Source: a virus (taxonomy: Duplodnaviria > Caudoviricetes). From it: 59,039 bases of DNA. The translations under genes were made by a program, and so were the position numbers. The stretch is taken from the IMG/VR virus record IMGVR_UViG_3300033149_005336, positions 1 through 59,039 of that record. One strand, 5' to 3'. The notes beneath the pieces are model-generated. The model saw only the letters and a list, made by a program, of their open reading frames with translations, searched no databases and was not told where the DNA came from. How positions within the stretch are numbered: position 1 is the first letter of the stretch; the number at the start of each line of letters is the position of its first letter. Positions 50,598 through 59,039 of this stretch are shown here, piece by piece.

Positions 50598-51153
50598 CAG
50601 CACTCCACGCCCCCATTTTGTTGCCCAATTGAGTATGCGCATGCCAAACGCGAGATGTCGAGGGATAAAATCAAAAAATTTTCGTAAATTCTGGGCTGAC
50701 CATCCAAGCACGCCACCGCCCATATCCCCTGCCGGCCATTACACTATCCGCCCCCCTGCATATTCATCCAACAACCTGCATAATTACCTAAGCGTGATTA
50801 TCCCTTCGCCAGCAAGCACTTACGCACATCCCTGTGCGAATATCCGCCCAAATAGTGACTATTGCTTATACCACAACGACTTACGACATACATCAGCCCC
50901 GAAATCCTGCATAAACTGCATAAGACGCCCGGATCGGGTTGATATGGAAAAAAAGGAATATAGGGGGAGAAAAGTACCTACGGTACAATAGACTTACATG
51001 TCCCCCCTGCAAAAAATTGACACCTTAGCGAAAAATCATTAAAATAGGTTGGGTGGCTGGCCGGCGGGGGGTCTCGTCTTGATGCGCAACACGCTTACTC
51101 TAAGGCACTTACAAGCATCTTGCATTTTTTCCCGAAAAAAATCCCAAAACCCC

Positions 51154-51182
51154 TTGACCTACGCATAAATGCGTAGTATATT
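51154..51182 (+). promoter_or_regulatory. Sigma70 promoter with palindromic operator
   Basis: TTGACC-17 nt-TATATT; spacer holds CTACGCAT-AA-ATGCGTAG; A-tracts upstream. Confidence 0.85.
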
Positions 51183-51247
51183 GTAATAGACGCTGGCAAT
51201 GGGGCCAGCGGAAAATGAGCCGCCTCAGGCGGCGGGAGGTAATGATC

Positions 51248-51484
51248 ATGGCGATGGGACTAACCGATGCAAAGAAGGCAAAAAAGCTCCTCGAATCCCT
51301 ACCCGGCGTGGAATGGGCCGGGCTGGTCAGTGCCGACGGAAACGGTCTCGTCGGTAGTGGTCCTGACCAATATCTTGTTGAGGCCCGCTGGGCGGACGGC
51401 ACTCGCATATTTGAGCGGTTGGGCAAGGTGTTAGAAGTAGTTGAATGGGAAAACGGTGGCCGCCAAGGCGTGCCTCCGTTCTGA
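51248..51484 (+). CDS. Small hypothetical protein
   Basis: GGAGGT RBS after the promoter. Confidence 0.7.
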   Translation: MAMGLTDAKKAKKLLESLPGVEWAGLVSADGNGLVGSGPDQYLVEARWADGTRIFERLGKVLEVVEWENGGRQGVPPF

Positions 51485-51612
51485 CATCCTAGCCCCACCC
51501 CCACGAGCCCCTCGTGGCTCGGTTCCACCCTAACCGGGGGTGGGGCGTTTTTCCCCGGTCGGATGGCGGCCCGACCGGTATATGGAACCGCCGCCAGCGG
51601 GAGGTAATTACG

Positions 51613-51999
51613 ATGGCAATTCAAACAGACGACAAATGGATGAGGGCCGAGTGGAGCTCACGCCACACTGGCATGACTGCTTATATCGTAAGCGGTCTCG
51701 GCCTGCGGGGATTGGTTGAGGCAATTTGCACAAAGACGGGTGAAATGGATGAGGTCTATCTTGCCTGCTGGCATTCAAGGGGCGATGTTATCAATTCGCT
51801 CGGCGAGGGTGCGCCGAGCAAATTACTGAAGGCCAGCCGCTGGCCAGTCTATGAGTTCAAACCGCCAGAGGGGGAGACGATGTACCTGGAAGCTCCGACA
51901 GACGAGGAGCTCCTAGAGGCCTTCAAAGCCGCAAGTTGGGGGGATTATATTCTCAGGATCATGAATGATGATGAACCGGCGGGGGCGGACGATGAGTAA
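51613..51999 (+). CDS. Small acidic hypothetical protein
   Basis: GGAGGT RBS. Confidence 0.7.
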   Translation: MAIQTDDKWMRAEWSSRHTGMTAYIVSGLGLRGLVEAICTKTGEMDEVYLACWHSRGDVINSLGEGAPSKLLKASRWPVYEFKPPEGETMYLEAPTDEELLEAFKAASWGDYILRIMNDDEPAGADDE

Positions 52000-52564
52000 C
52001 CTCCCCTCCGACGCCATTCGCCGCGCCGTGCTGGACGAACTGGCACGGCGCGGCTGGAGTAAATACCGCTTGGCCGAGGAGCTAGGCGGTGGTCGTCGTA
52101 ACCACTCCCTGGTGTACCGTTGGCTCAGCGGCGGCCGGGGGGTGGACAGCGCCAACCTGGCCCGAGTGCTGGACGTACTCGGGCTATACATCGCCCCCAA
52201 GCGGGGTAGAAAGGAGAAGCAAATGATCACAGATATGAGTGCTGCCGAATCCTGGAAAAAAATAACACGCAGGGCGGCCGATGATATAATCCGGTATGGT
52301 CGCATGTTTTTCGACGCGGTACGCCCCGAGCGAGCCGTCCCCCTCGCGGAAGTCAAGGACGGCAACGGCCCACCGGAGGCCAACCCGAACCCGCGGGCGT
52401 GGGTTTGGGTTAAAGGGGGGAAAATTTATTGCGGCAGCCGCTCGACGACAACCGAGCGGCTCTGCAATGTCAGAGAGTTCACCGGCTGGGACGACATTCA
52501 ATTCGTCCAACCGGGGGAGGCGAGCTATTATCGCATCGTCTCCCCAATGTATCCCTGGGATTGA
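51992..52564 (+). CDS. XRE-type HTH fused in frame to an unknown domain (internal start 52223)
   Basis: WSKYRLAEELG..SLVYRWLSG..LARVLDVLGL; internal AAGGAG-ATG. Confidence 0.75.
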   Translation: MSNLPSDAIRRAVLDELARRGWSKYRLAEELGGGRRNHSLVYRWLSGGRGVDSANLARVLDVLGLYIAPKRGRKEKQMITDMSAAESWKKITRRAADDIIRYGRMFFDAVRPERAVPLAEVKDGNGPPEANPNPRAWVWVKGGKIYCGSRSTTTERLCNVREFTGWDDIQFVQPGEASYYRIVSPMYPWD

Positions 52565-52587
52565 TTACCTCCCGCCATCAGGCGGTG

Positions 52588-52624
52588 CAGGTCGGTCGGC
52601 TGCGGTCGGCCGGCCTGTTTTTTT
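52588..52624 (+). terminator. Intrinsic terminator
   Basis: CAGGTCGGTCGGC/GTCGGCCGGCCTG stem followed by T7. Confidence 0.8.
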
Positions 52625-52636
52625 GTGATCATCTAG

Positions 52637-53626
52637 CTAGAGAGTATCTATCGCTAAATGAGCATAGACCTCCGTAGTCGTCACACTGGCATGTCCTAAC
52701 ATCTTGCTCAGCCGGTAGATGTCCCCGCCGCGCATGACGTACCATGAGGCGGCGGTGTGGCGCAGCAGGTGATAGCCGGTCCCCGTCCCTTTGTGATTGG
52801 CGGTGAACTTGGGGATCGCTTTGCGTAGGGGATTGATAAGGGCTTTCCATTGTTTTTCGCCCATCACGCCACCCCGCTCACCCGGGAAGACATATCCATT
52901 CGGCTGGCGAACGGCTTGCAGTCTGGCAGCGAGCCTGTAAGAGATCGGCACCACCCGGAACCGGCCGCTTTTGCTCTGGCGGACGGTAAGCATCCGCCGG
53001 CGGAGGTCTATATCTTCCCACCGCAAGTGTCGTAACTCATTGCTGCGTAAGCCCGTTTGCAGAGCCAGATACCACAACAGGACGGTCCCCTCGCGGATAC
53101 CCACCCGGTAGATGGCATAGACTTCCGGCATTTCCAAGAACCGAGGCGGTAGCTTTTCCTTGCGTGGCAGCTTGATCCGCCGGCATGGGTTCTGCTTCAG
53201 GTGCCCTTCGGTGATCAAGTGCTCGCAGAACAGACTGATGGCGGCACGGTACCCGTGGACGGTTGACGATCGATGTTTCTCGGCCAAGGACAAAAGGTAC
53301 TTCTGTAATTTAGGGGTGGTCAGGTCCTCCGGATACCTGGCTGGCAGGTCTCGAATGATGGCCTCACATCGCGCCTTGGTGTTGCGATAATGCTGGTGGC
53401 TGTGGACCGCCCGGCACGTATCCAGAAACGACTGTAACAACTCCTGTAACCGCGGACGAGGCGGCGGAGGGGTAGCGGCCACCTTGGCGGCTATTTTTTG
53501 GGCTCTGGCGAGGGCGACAGTCTTATGGGGCGTCTGGAGGGATTCGTAGCGCATGCAACCTGCGGCATCACGGTACTTTACCCACCAAAAACGGGTGCCT
53601 TTCCGTTTATAGATACACGGATTCAT
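52637..53626 (-). CDS. int: Tyrosine integrase
   Basis: TGLRSNEL, SKS, HLLRHT, LGHAS, VYAH catalytic residues; N-terminal arm-binding region. Confidence 0.96.
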   Translation of the reverse strand: MNPCIYKRKGTRFWWVKYRDAAGCMRYESLQTPHKTVALARAQKIAAKVAATPPPPRPRLQELLQSFLDTCRAVHSHQHYRNTKARCEAIIRDLPARYPEDLTTPKLQKYLLSLAEKHRSSTVHGYRAAISLFCEHLITEGHLKQNPCRRIKLPRKEKLPPRFLEMPEVYAIYRVGIREGTVLLWYLALQTGLRSNELRHLRWEDIDLRRRMLTVRQSKSGRFRVVPISYRLAARLQAVRQPNGYVFPGERGGVMGEKQWKALINPLRKAIPKFTANHKGTGTGYHLLRHTAASWYVMRGGDIYRLSKMLGHASVTTTEVYAHLAIDTL

Positions 53627-53627
53627 C

Positions 53628-53878
53628 GGTTACAGTTTTGGTGACAGTGGAAAAGTGACGTTTGTAACCCCTTGTGAATTATTACACCACCTAGGACTCG
53701 AACCTAGAACCCGCGGATTAAGAGTCCGCAAAGACATGTTTTGTAATCGCTGCTGAGATAACGAATTACAAGCGTTAACAACTGTCGCAGTTACAGTTAC
53801 GTCGCTTTTTCGGTTACAGTGGCGAAACGTAAAAAACCCCAAAAAACCTAAAAACCCCCGACTGTAACCGGTTACAGT
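53628..53878. repeat. Integrase arm-type sites
   Basis: (G/A)GT(T/G)ACAGT at 53628, 53640, 53789, 53812 and palindrome ACTGTAACCGGTTACAGT at 53861-53878. Confidence 0.75.
53683..53729 (-). other. attP core: 3' half of tRNA-Lys(CTT)
   Basis: GCGGA-CTCTTAA-TCCGC anticodon arm, CTAGG-TTCGAGT-CCTAG T arm, GTGGTGTA; no 5' half; next to int. Confidence 0.9.
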
Positions 53879-53908
53879 TAGGAGCCCTTTGTTCAGGGAG
53901 ATTGGTCG

Positions 53909-54997
53909 CTAAAATTCAGGAGCGAAAGCCACCCCTATGGTAGTTGGCGCCGCAGAGCCCGAGAGCAGCTGACCCTTCGTCATCAACATAAAAGTTTTCT
54001 TGCGATCGTCGAACAAACCCAACGCCACACCGGGGGCTTTCCCTTGATATAAAGACAAGTTCCCCAATCGTCGCCTCGCAGCATCTTGAGCCGCGATGAT
54101 CTGAGAAAACGATCCGATCTCTACTTTGACGGCATTGTCCCCCAGAGCCTCCGGCATCTTGCCTCGCACTAGGCACATGTTTTTGCCAATCGTGGCACTT
54201 TCTATAGTTCCGTAACGAGCGGCGTGAGACTGAGCGGGAGGATTGTTGCTATCGCTGTCATCACACTCGTGCAAAACAACCTTTTCGTCTGACCTTGGAT
54301 CGTTGATACTTAAGTAGAATGATTGATTGTCACACCATTTGCCTTTAACGAATCCCTCAAAGCCGCCTGGCCCCCCGCCGAACGGTGAGTATTGCAAATC
54401 TTTACCATAAACATGAATTCTGGCGCCGGAAGAATCAACAGGCCTGTCGTTTGTCCCATAACTGATGTCAACGTCCGACAAGCTTGATCCGTAAATCTCC
54501 AAACGAGGCGAGCCTTCCAGTTGCACCCTCCAAGGCGAAAATGAAGAAGGAAACTCGCCACCATAAATAAACACTGAAGCATCATTGTAGGCGGAAAGAG
54601 TCCATACTTTGCCGCTATCAACCTCCACACTCGACCAATCAAATACACTTAGCATCCCGACGGATGCCCCGTTAACCACTCCATCGCTTCCCGAAAAGAT
54701 GGTACACATACCTACACCACCGCCGCGCAAGGTGATCCGGGAGCCCTGCCAGCAGTTAAGCGTAAATATGCTTCCTCCGTTCATAATCAATTCCGCACCA
54801 TTCTGTACCTCACAGTCAACATGAACAGTCCCGCCGTTCATCGTTACAACCGTATTACGGCCTGTAATAGTCAACAGGTCGTAGCTTTCCCCATCTTCAA
54901 TCGTTGTTGAGTAATCAATCGTTCTTTGGGTTGCTTGGCCACAGGCCACCACAGCCATAACCAGCAGGCTCACCAACACTCCTTGATGTTTCATCAT
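53909..54997 (-). CDS. Secreted beta-helix repeat protein (moron)
   Basis: Signal peptide; repeated M/V-NGG-S/T-V/I rungs; lower GC. Confidence 0.75.
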   Translation of the reverse strand: MMKHQGVLVSLLVMAVVACGQATQRTIDYSTTIEDGESYDLLTITGRNTVVTMNGGTVHVDCEVQNGAELIMNGGSIFTLNCWQGSRITLRGGGVGMCTIFSGSDGVVNGASVGMLSVFDWSSVEVDSGKVWTLSAYNDASVFIYGGEFPSSFSPWRVQLEGSPRLEIYGSSLSDVDISYGTNDRPVDSSGARIHVYGKDLQYSPFGGGPGGFEGFVKGKWCDNQSFYLSINDPRSDEKVVLHECDDSDSNNPPAQSHAARYGTIESATIGKNMCLVRGKMPEALGDNAVKVEIGSFSQIIAAQDAARRRLGNLSLYQGKAPGVALGLFDDRKKTFMLMTKGQLLSGSAAPTTIGVAFAPEF

Positions 54998-55157
54998 GGG
55001 AAAACCCTCCGAAAAAAAACGAGAAACTTTCATCTTGACGTTCGGCCCTTGTTAGGATATGTTTATTCTATCCGGGCAGAACCGACTGAGGCCCGCAGGG
55101 GGCATGTCAAACCGCAGCCCGGGAGTCCCAAGTTCAGTCATTCCGAAGGTGACGATC

Positions 55158-55463
55158 ATGCGCCGCGAGAGAATCCATTTGGTCGAAATTCCCCTCATTT
55201 CCTACGTGGACTGTTTCAACCCCTCCGCCAAACTTGCCCAAAGCCCCAACGTATCCTATATTGCCAAGAAAACAAACGAGCCCATCATGTGCCCTACGGC
55301 GCCGGAACGCGAACCGGCAGCCGAGCAGCGGGACCAGTGGCGGATGCCGGATTCTCATATCGAGCGTCGCCTGGCCCTGCGGGCCTTGGTGCGGCGAGCA
55401 AAAAGCCTGACGGCCGAGCAAATTCTGGCTCTGGTCCGCTCCCTGGACCGCCGGCGATATTAA
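55158..55463 (+). CDS. Hypothetical protein convergent with the repressor-like gene
   Basis: GAAGGTG RBS; TTGACG-17 nt-TATGTT at 55035-55063. Confidence 0.45.
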   Translation: MRRERIHLVEIPLISYVDCFNPSAKLAQSPNVSYIAKKTNEPIMCPTAPEREPAAEQRDQWRMPDSHIERRLALRALVRRAKSLTAEQILALVRSLDRRRY

Positions 55464-55840
55464 CCGCCGCTGGCCGTGGGTATTTTCTCCGCCTTTTTCG
55501 ATTTGTGAGGATCGGTCCTCTTTTGCTTCTTGCGAGGCCGGATAGGTTCGTGGCCGGTGTCGATCAATTCCTTGTCGGCATCGGCGAGCACTGCCTCTGC
55601 CCAGGCCTCCGGGTCCCTCTCGGCTAAGTCCTGCTTCTGTCGGTGCGTAAAACGACCGTTACAGGCACCGTATTCCCGCAAAATCTTATCAACTTCTTCA
55701 AAGTCACGATTCAACAGGTACCAAACGGCTGCATTTACCACCCCAGTCTTGTTCCGCACTGTACGGCGGCAGAATTCTTGGATGGCCTCGCTTAAATGGC
55801 TCGGGAACCTGATACTTATTGGCACTTCGGTTGTAGTCAT
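55460..55840 (-). CDS. Ribbon-helix-helix regulator (repressor position)
   Basis: PISIRFPSHLSEAIQEFC..NKTGVVNAAV. Confidence 0.7.
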   Translation of the reverse strand: MTTTEVPISIRFPSHLSEAIQEFCRRTVRNKTGVVNAAVWYLLNRDFEEVDKILREYGACNGRFTHRQKQDLAERDPEAWAEAVLADADKELIDTGHEPIRPRKKQKRTDPHKSKKAEKIPTASGG

Positions 55841-55860
55841 AACTTACATTCTACCCTGCA

Positions 55861-55935
55861 ATTATAATAGACAATAAAAAAGCATGTAAAATACTTGATT
55901 TTTCGCTTGCCATACGGGACTACTTATGCTACACT
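55861..55935. promoter_or_regulatory. Divergent promoters of the lysis/lysogeny switch
   Basis: + TTGCCA-17 nt-TACACT with extended TG; - TTTACA-18 nt-TATAAT. Confidence 0.65.
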
Positions 55936-55950
55936 TGCATACGAAAGGAA

Positions 55951-56175
55951 GTGATGAGTATGCCGATAGTCACCTTCACATGCGACGATGAGCTAAAAGC
56001 CAGGTTGGAGCGAGAGGCGAAAAACGAGCGACGTAGCCTCAGTAAACAGGTGGAGTACATCATCCATCTCTTTTTTTCAGGACTTCGTAGCACATATGCT
56101 AATAGTGCTACCGGTGTTCCGTCCGTGAGTTCCGGCCAAGAAGAAGGGCATCCGTCCCCAACAGAGGAATTATAG
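55951..56175 (+). CDS. Arc-like ribbon-helix-helix protein (cro position)
   Basis: IVTFTCDDELKARLEREAKNERRSLSKQVEYII. Confidence 0.8.
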   Translation: MMSMPIVTFTCDDELKARLEREAKNERRSLSKQVEYIIHLFFSGLRSTYANSATGVPSVSSGQEEGHPSPTEEL

Positions 56176-56178
56176 CAC

Positions 56179-56394
56179 ATGGTCGGCCCAGGTGCAAATA
56201 CGGTTTGTGATGAGCGCGTGACGACGCGCGAGGTCGCCACGGCGTTCGGCTGGTCGGTCAAGCACGCTCGCCAGCGGGTGATGGTCGATTGGCCCCGGAA
56301 GTACGGGACCGGTTTCCGCCAGGACGGCCCGCGAGGTCGAGTGACGATCAGCCGGGCCGACTTCGAGCGGATTCTGCGGGAGACGACGGCATGA
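56179..56394 (+). CDS. Excisionase-like HTH protein
   Basis: VTTREVATAFGWS...RVTISRADFERIL. Confidence 0.6.
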   Translation: MVGPGANTVCDERVTTREVATAFGWSVKHARQRVMVDWPRKYGTGFRQDGPRGRVTISRADFERILRETTA

Positions 56395-56711
56395 CGGGCG
56401 GTTACGGCACGCACGAGGTTCTGCCGCTGTTTGCTGAGCGGCTGCCGCACAACCGCACGGCCACGAGCAGGGCGGCTGCCGAGGGGGCCCGGCCCTACGC
56501 CGGGCGGCAGGCGCAACAAGTGCTGGCCGCGGTCCGCAACGAGCCGGGAGGGCTGACGAGAGAGGAAATCGCCGAGCGGACGGGGATTCGCCTGGCGGCG
56601 GTCTGTGCCCGCGTAAACGCCCTGGTCCGGGCGGGCTTGGCCGTTGAGAACGGGACGCGTACCACCAGCGGCGGCAGGCAGGCCAAGGTGGTACTGGCGG
56701 CAGCGAGGTAA
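56391..56711 (+). CDS. Winged-helix DNA-binding protein
   Basis: TSRAAA..GLTREEIAERTG..VCARVNALVRAGL..TSGGRQAKV. Confidence 0.75.
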   Translation: MTGGYGTHEVLPLFAERLPHNRTATSRAAAEGARPYAGRQAQQVLAAVRNEPGGLTREEIAERTGIRLAAVCARVNALVRAGLAVENGTRTTSGGRQAKVVLAAAR

Positions 56712-56714
56712 AGC

Positions 56715-57032
56715 ATGAACCAGCAGCCTTCAGAATCGAATAACTCGCCAATGGCGGGGGGTTTGGCGCAGAAACGGAGAAAAAAGGTATCTCGGGTCGA
56801 TATGAACCGCCACCCGGCCGTAATAGCTTATCTTAGGCGGGTTCCGATCTCATATCGGGGGGTGTATCGGAAGGCGTACGGCGGCAACAGCCTGGCCGCG
56901 GCCATAAAGGCCATGTGCCTCGACTGCACGAATAATCAGCGTCAGGAAGTGAGATTCTGCCAGTGCTATGCCTGCCCGCTGTATCCGTATCGGCCCTATC
57001 AGAACGAAAAGGGAGGTACGAACGATGACTGA
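56715..57032 (+). CDS. Zn-binding phage protein
   Basis: AIKAMCLDC...C..CPLYPYR. Confidence 0.7.
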   Translation: MNQQPSESNNSPMAGGLAQKRRKKVSRVDMNRHPAVIAYLRRVPISYRGVYRKAYGGNSLAAAIKAMCLDCTNNQRQEVRFCQCYACPLYPYRPYQNEKGGTNDD

Positions 57033-57411
57033 GCGGCAGCTTCAGGCGATGAACCTGGCCTACGCCGTGATCCGGAGAATGATTTCGCCCGGGGAGGGCT
57101 ATGCGGCGATGGTCAGGCTGTACCGCGACCTTCGGTCCGGGCGTGAAACTCGCCAAGCCCGGCAGGGCGGCGCCGTAAATAGCCCTGTTCGCCCGGACCT
57201 TTTTTCTTCCGCCGTACCTCCTTCTGCGCGGGGCCGGGTTGACCCTCCGAGCCCGGCCCCCTTGGTAATCATCGGCCAGGGCGCGTATGCCCGGCGGATT
57301 TACGGCCGATCGGAAAACGGCCGCGTTCATTTTACGACGGACGGGTCCGGTCCGGCAGCCGGCGGCGGAGCCGAGGCGCCGGACGGGCCTGTCCCTGGGC
57401 TTGGGAGGTGA
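57025..57411 (+). CDS. Hypothetical protein
   Basis: GGAGGT RBS. Confidence 0.5.
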   Translation: MTERQLQAMNLAYAVIRRMISPGEGYAAMVRLYRDLRSGRETRQARQGGAVNSPVRPDLFSSAVPPSARGRVDPPSPAPLVIIGQGAYARRIYGRSENGRVHFTTDGSGPAAGGGAEAPDGPVPGLGR

Positions 57412-57416
57412 TAGAG

Positions 57417-57827
57417 ATGTTCGGACAAGGAGACCCCTATCTACCTGACGGACTGACCCAGATCGACATTGATAAGGCGGCAGGCGACGAAGAGCCGGAA
57501 ACTCGCTGGTGTTGGTGTTGTGACGACAACCGGCCATACGACGAGGGCGAATTCGCCCGACATCCGTGGTACGAATGTGATATTTGCCATCGGGATGTGT
57601 GCGGCGAGTGTGCCCGACGGTGTGCCGCCTATGGTTGCGAGGCCATGATATGTACCGAATGTTCAGACGATGGGGCATCGCCATTCTGTGAGTTGCATCG
57701 GTTGGCCTTGAAACTGCGAGAACAAGACGAGACGTTGACCTTCCCCGAAGCGGAAGCAAAGGCCGAAGAAATTTTCCTTTCGCGGGCTGCGGATGCCGCG
57801 CCGCGGCCCGTTATCTCCCGGTCGTGA
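57417..57827 (+). CDS. Multi-Cys Zn-finger protein
   Basis: Multiple CxxC; GGAGGT RBS. Confidence 0.7.
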   Translation: MFGQGDPYLPDGLTQIDIDKAAGDEEPETRWCWCCDDNRPYDEGEFARHPWYECDICHRDVCGECARRCAAYGCEAMICTECSDDGASPFCELHRLALKLREQDETLTFPEAEAKAEEIFLSRAADAAPRPVISRS

Positions 57828-57890
57828 CGGGCGGGGCGGTCCCGCCCGTTGCGGCTTTTTATCAACGCGGCAGTCAGGGAGATTTGAGAC

Positions 57891-58130
57891 ATGGATACGA
57901 CATCGGAGGCGCTAAGGCGGAAGATGGCGGCGGCAATGGCGATCGATGCGATGGAGATCATCGCCAGCGAGACCACTCCGGAACATGCCTTATTGGCGGT
58001 AGTCTCGGCCTGGTGGCAGCATAACCAGCCGGAAGGGGACGATAGCCCGTGGACCGCCGAGGCCAAGCGTCAGCGGCGCGAGGTGTGCCAGCGTATCCGC
58101 GAGGCCTTCAGCAAGGGGGTGGCGGTATGA
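57891..58130 (+). CDS. Hypothetical protein
   Basis: GGGAG RBS; ATGA overlap with the next gene. Confidence 0.6.
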   Translation: MDTTSEALRRKMAAAMAIDAMEIIASETTPEHALLAVVSAWWQHNQPEGDDSPWTAEAKRQRREVCQRIREAFSKGVAV

Positions 58131-58915
58131 GCCGGTTCTACACCCGAAAAGGCGAGGTGGTCTCTCAGGTCGAATGCTCGACCAAACCGGGCAAATTCCG
58201 GGCTCCGACCATTACCGATGCCCGCAAACACGGCTGGCTGCCCTCGGTGACCACTATTACCGCCTACGGCCAGCGGGCGAACCTGGAACGCTGGAAAATC
58301 CGCCAGGCCCTCTTGTATGCCTCAATCCACCCGAAAGGCGACTTAACCGACGATGAATACTTGGCCGAGCATTACGACGCCTACGAGCAGTCCTTGACGG
58401 GGGCGCGAGACCTGGGCAGTGCCATCCACCGGGGAATTGAGATTTACCTGACCACCGGGGAACTGGTCGAGCAGACAGACGGCTACCATATCCTCGACTG
58501 CGTGGAGGCGTTCCGCGATTGGATGCTGAAATCGCCGTTGCGGGTATGGGAGGCTGAAAAGGTCGTCACCGGCGAGCGGTACGCCGGGCGGACGGACATT
58601 CTCGGAAGATGGGACGACCTTCCGGCGGTGCTGGACATCAAGACGCAAGAGAGCAAGTCGGGCCGCAAAATGCACGCTTGGGACGAATACGGGATGCAAC
58701 TGGCCGCTTACGGTATGGCGTGGGCGGGAGAGTCCTGCGCGTGCTTTCTGGCGAACGTCTTGGTCTCCACGAGCGAGCCGGGCCGGATCGAACTCATCGA
58801 CTGGACGGACCGCAAGGGCGAGATGTGGGCCAGATTCGAGGCACGGCTGCAGACATGGATATTGGATCATCGCTATGATCCAGCAGAATGGGAGGTAATG
58901 AAAGATGCCAGTTAG
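58127..58915 (+). CDS. PD-(D/E)XK exonuclease (recombination partner of the SSAP)
   Basis: PSVTTI, GSAIH, YAGRTD..LDIKT, QLAAY. Confidence 0.88.
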   Translation: MSRFYTRKGEVVSQVECSTKPGKFRAPTITDARKHGWLPSVTTITAYGQRANLERWKIRQALLYASIHPKGDLTDDEYLAEHYDAYEQSLTGARDLGSAIHRGIEIYLTTGELVEQTDGYHILDCVEAFRDWMLKSPLRVWEAEKVVTGERYAGRTDILGRWDDLPAVLDIKTQESKSGRKMHAWDEYGMQLAAYGMAWAGESCACFLANVLVSTSEPGRIELIDWTDRKGEMWARFEARLQTWILDHRYDPAEWEVMKDAS

Positions 58916-59039
58916 AATCCACGGAAAAGAATACGCCACCGTTGCCGAGCGATTAAGCAAGTTTCGCAAGGACCACCCCGATTGGAGTTTGCTGACCGAG
59001 GTAGTGACGCTGGAGCCAGATCATTGTTGCTTGCGGGCC
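58685..59039. repeat. Terminal direct repeat, right copy
   Basis: Matches 1-355 with 13 substitutions. Confidence 0.95.
58905..59039 (+). CDS. SSAP N-terminus (partial, continues at the window start)
   Basis: MPVRIHGKEYATVAERL. Confidence 0.8.
   Translation, partial: MPVRIHGKEYATVAERLSKFRKDHPDWSLLTEVVTLEPDHCCLRA

Noticed and set aside
53683-53729. Complete tRNA-Lys gene
   Set aside because: The 5' acceptor strand and D arm are absent; it is the att core.
58127-58915. Cas4 / CRISPR adaptation gene
   Set aside because: Lacks the four-Cys Fe-S pattern and sits in a standard exonuclease-SSAP recombination pair.

Overview
The window is an essentially complete (~58.7 kb) temperate, podovirus-like tailed phage genome in its excised/circular form. 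The two ends overlap by 355 bp (1-355 vs 58685-59039, 13 mismatches). An intact attP (3' half of tRNA-Lys(CTT) plus arm-type repeats) lies next to a tyrosine integrase. A + strand early/middle region (55951 through the end, continuing 1-12785) carries ribbon-helix-helix regulators, exonuclease, SSAP, NinB-like protein, SSB, replication initiator, RuvC-like resolvase and many small Zn-finger/nucleotide-metabolism ORFs. A - strand late region (50597 down to 12782) carries terminase, portal, scaffold, capsid, tail and ejection proteins, and a 4762-aa DarB-like polyvalent protein. The standout is an RNA-guided TIGR-Tas-type locus at 5475-6538. Its 36-nt dual-repeat/dual-9-nt-spacer array flanks both sides of a nuclease-less Nop/IS110-like gene (TasA-like). 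The gene's own RBS and start codon are built into an array unit, one spacer exactly matches the att core, and an anticodon-defective tRNA-like RNA abuts the array end. Other notable signals are four tRNA-like RNAs lacking normal anticodon arms, three small genes nested in the giant gene (two with consensus sigma70 promoters, one antisense beside a RelA/SpoT-like domain), and an acr/aca-like cassette whose 3' end is complementary to its own RBSs. All family assignments are from motif recognition by eye; no searches were run.
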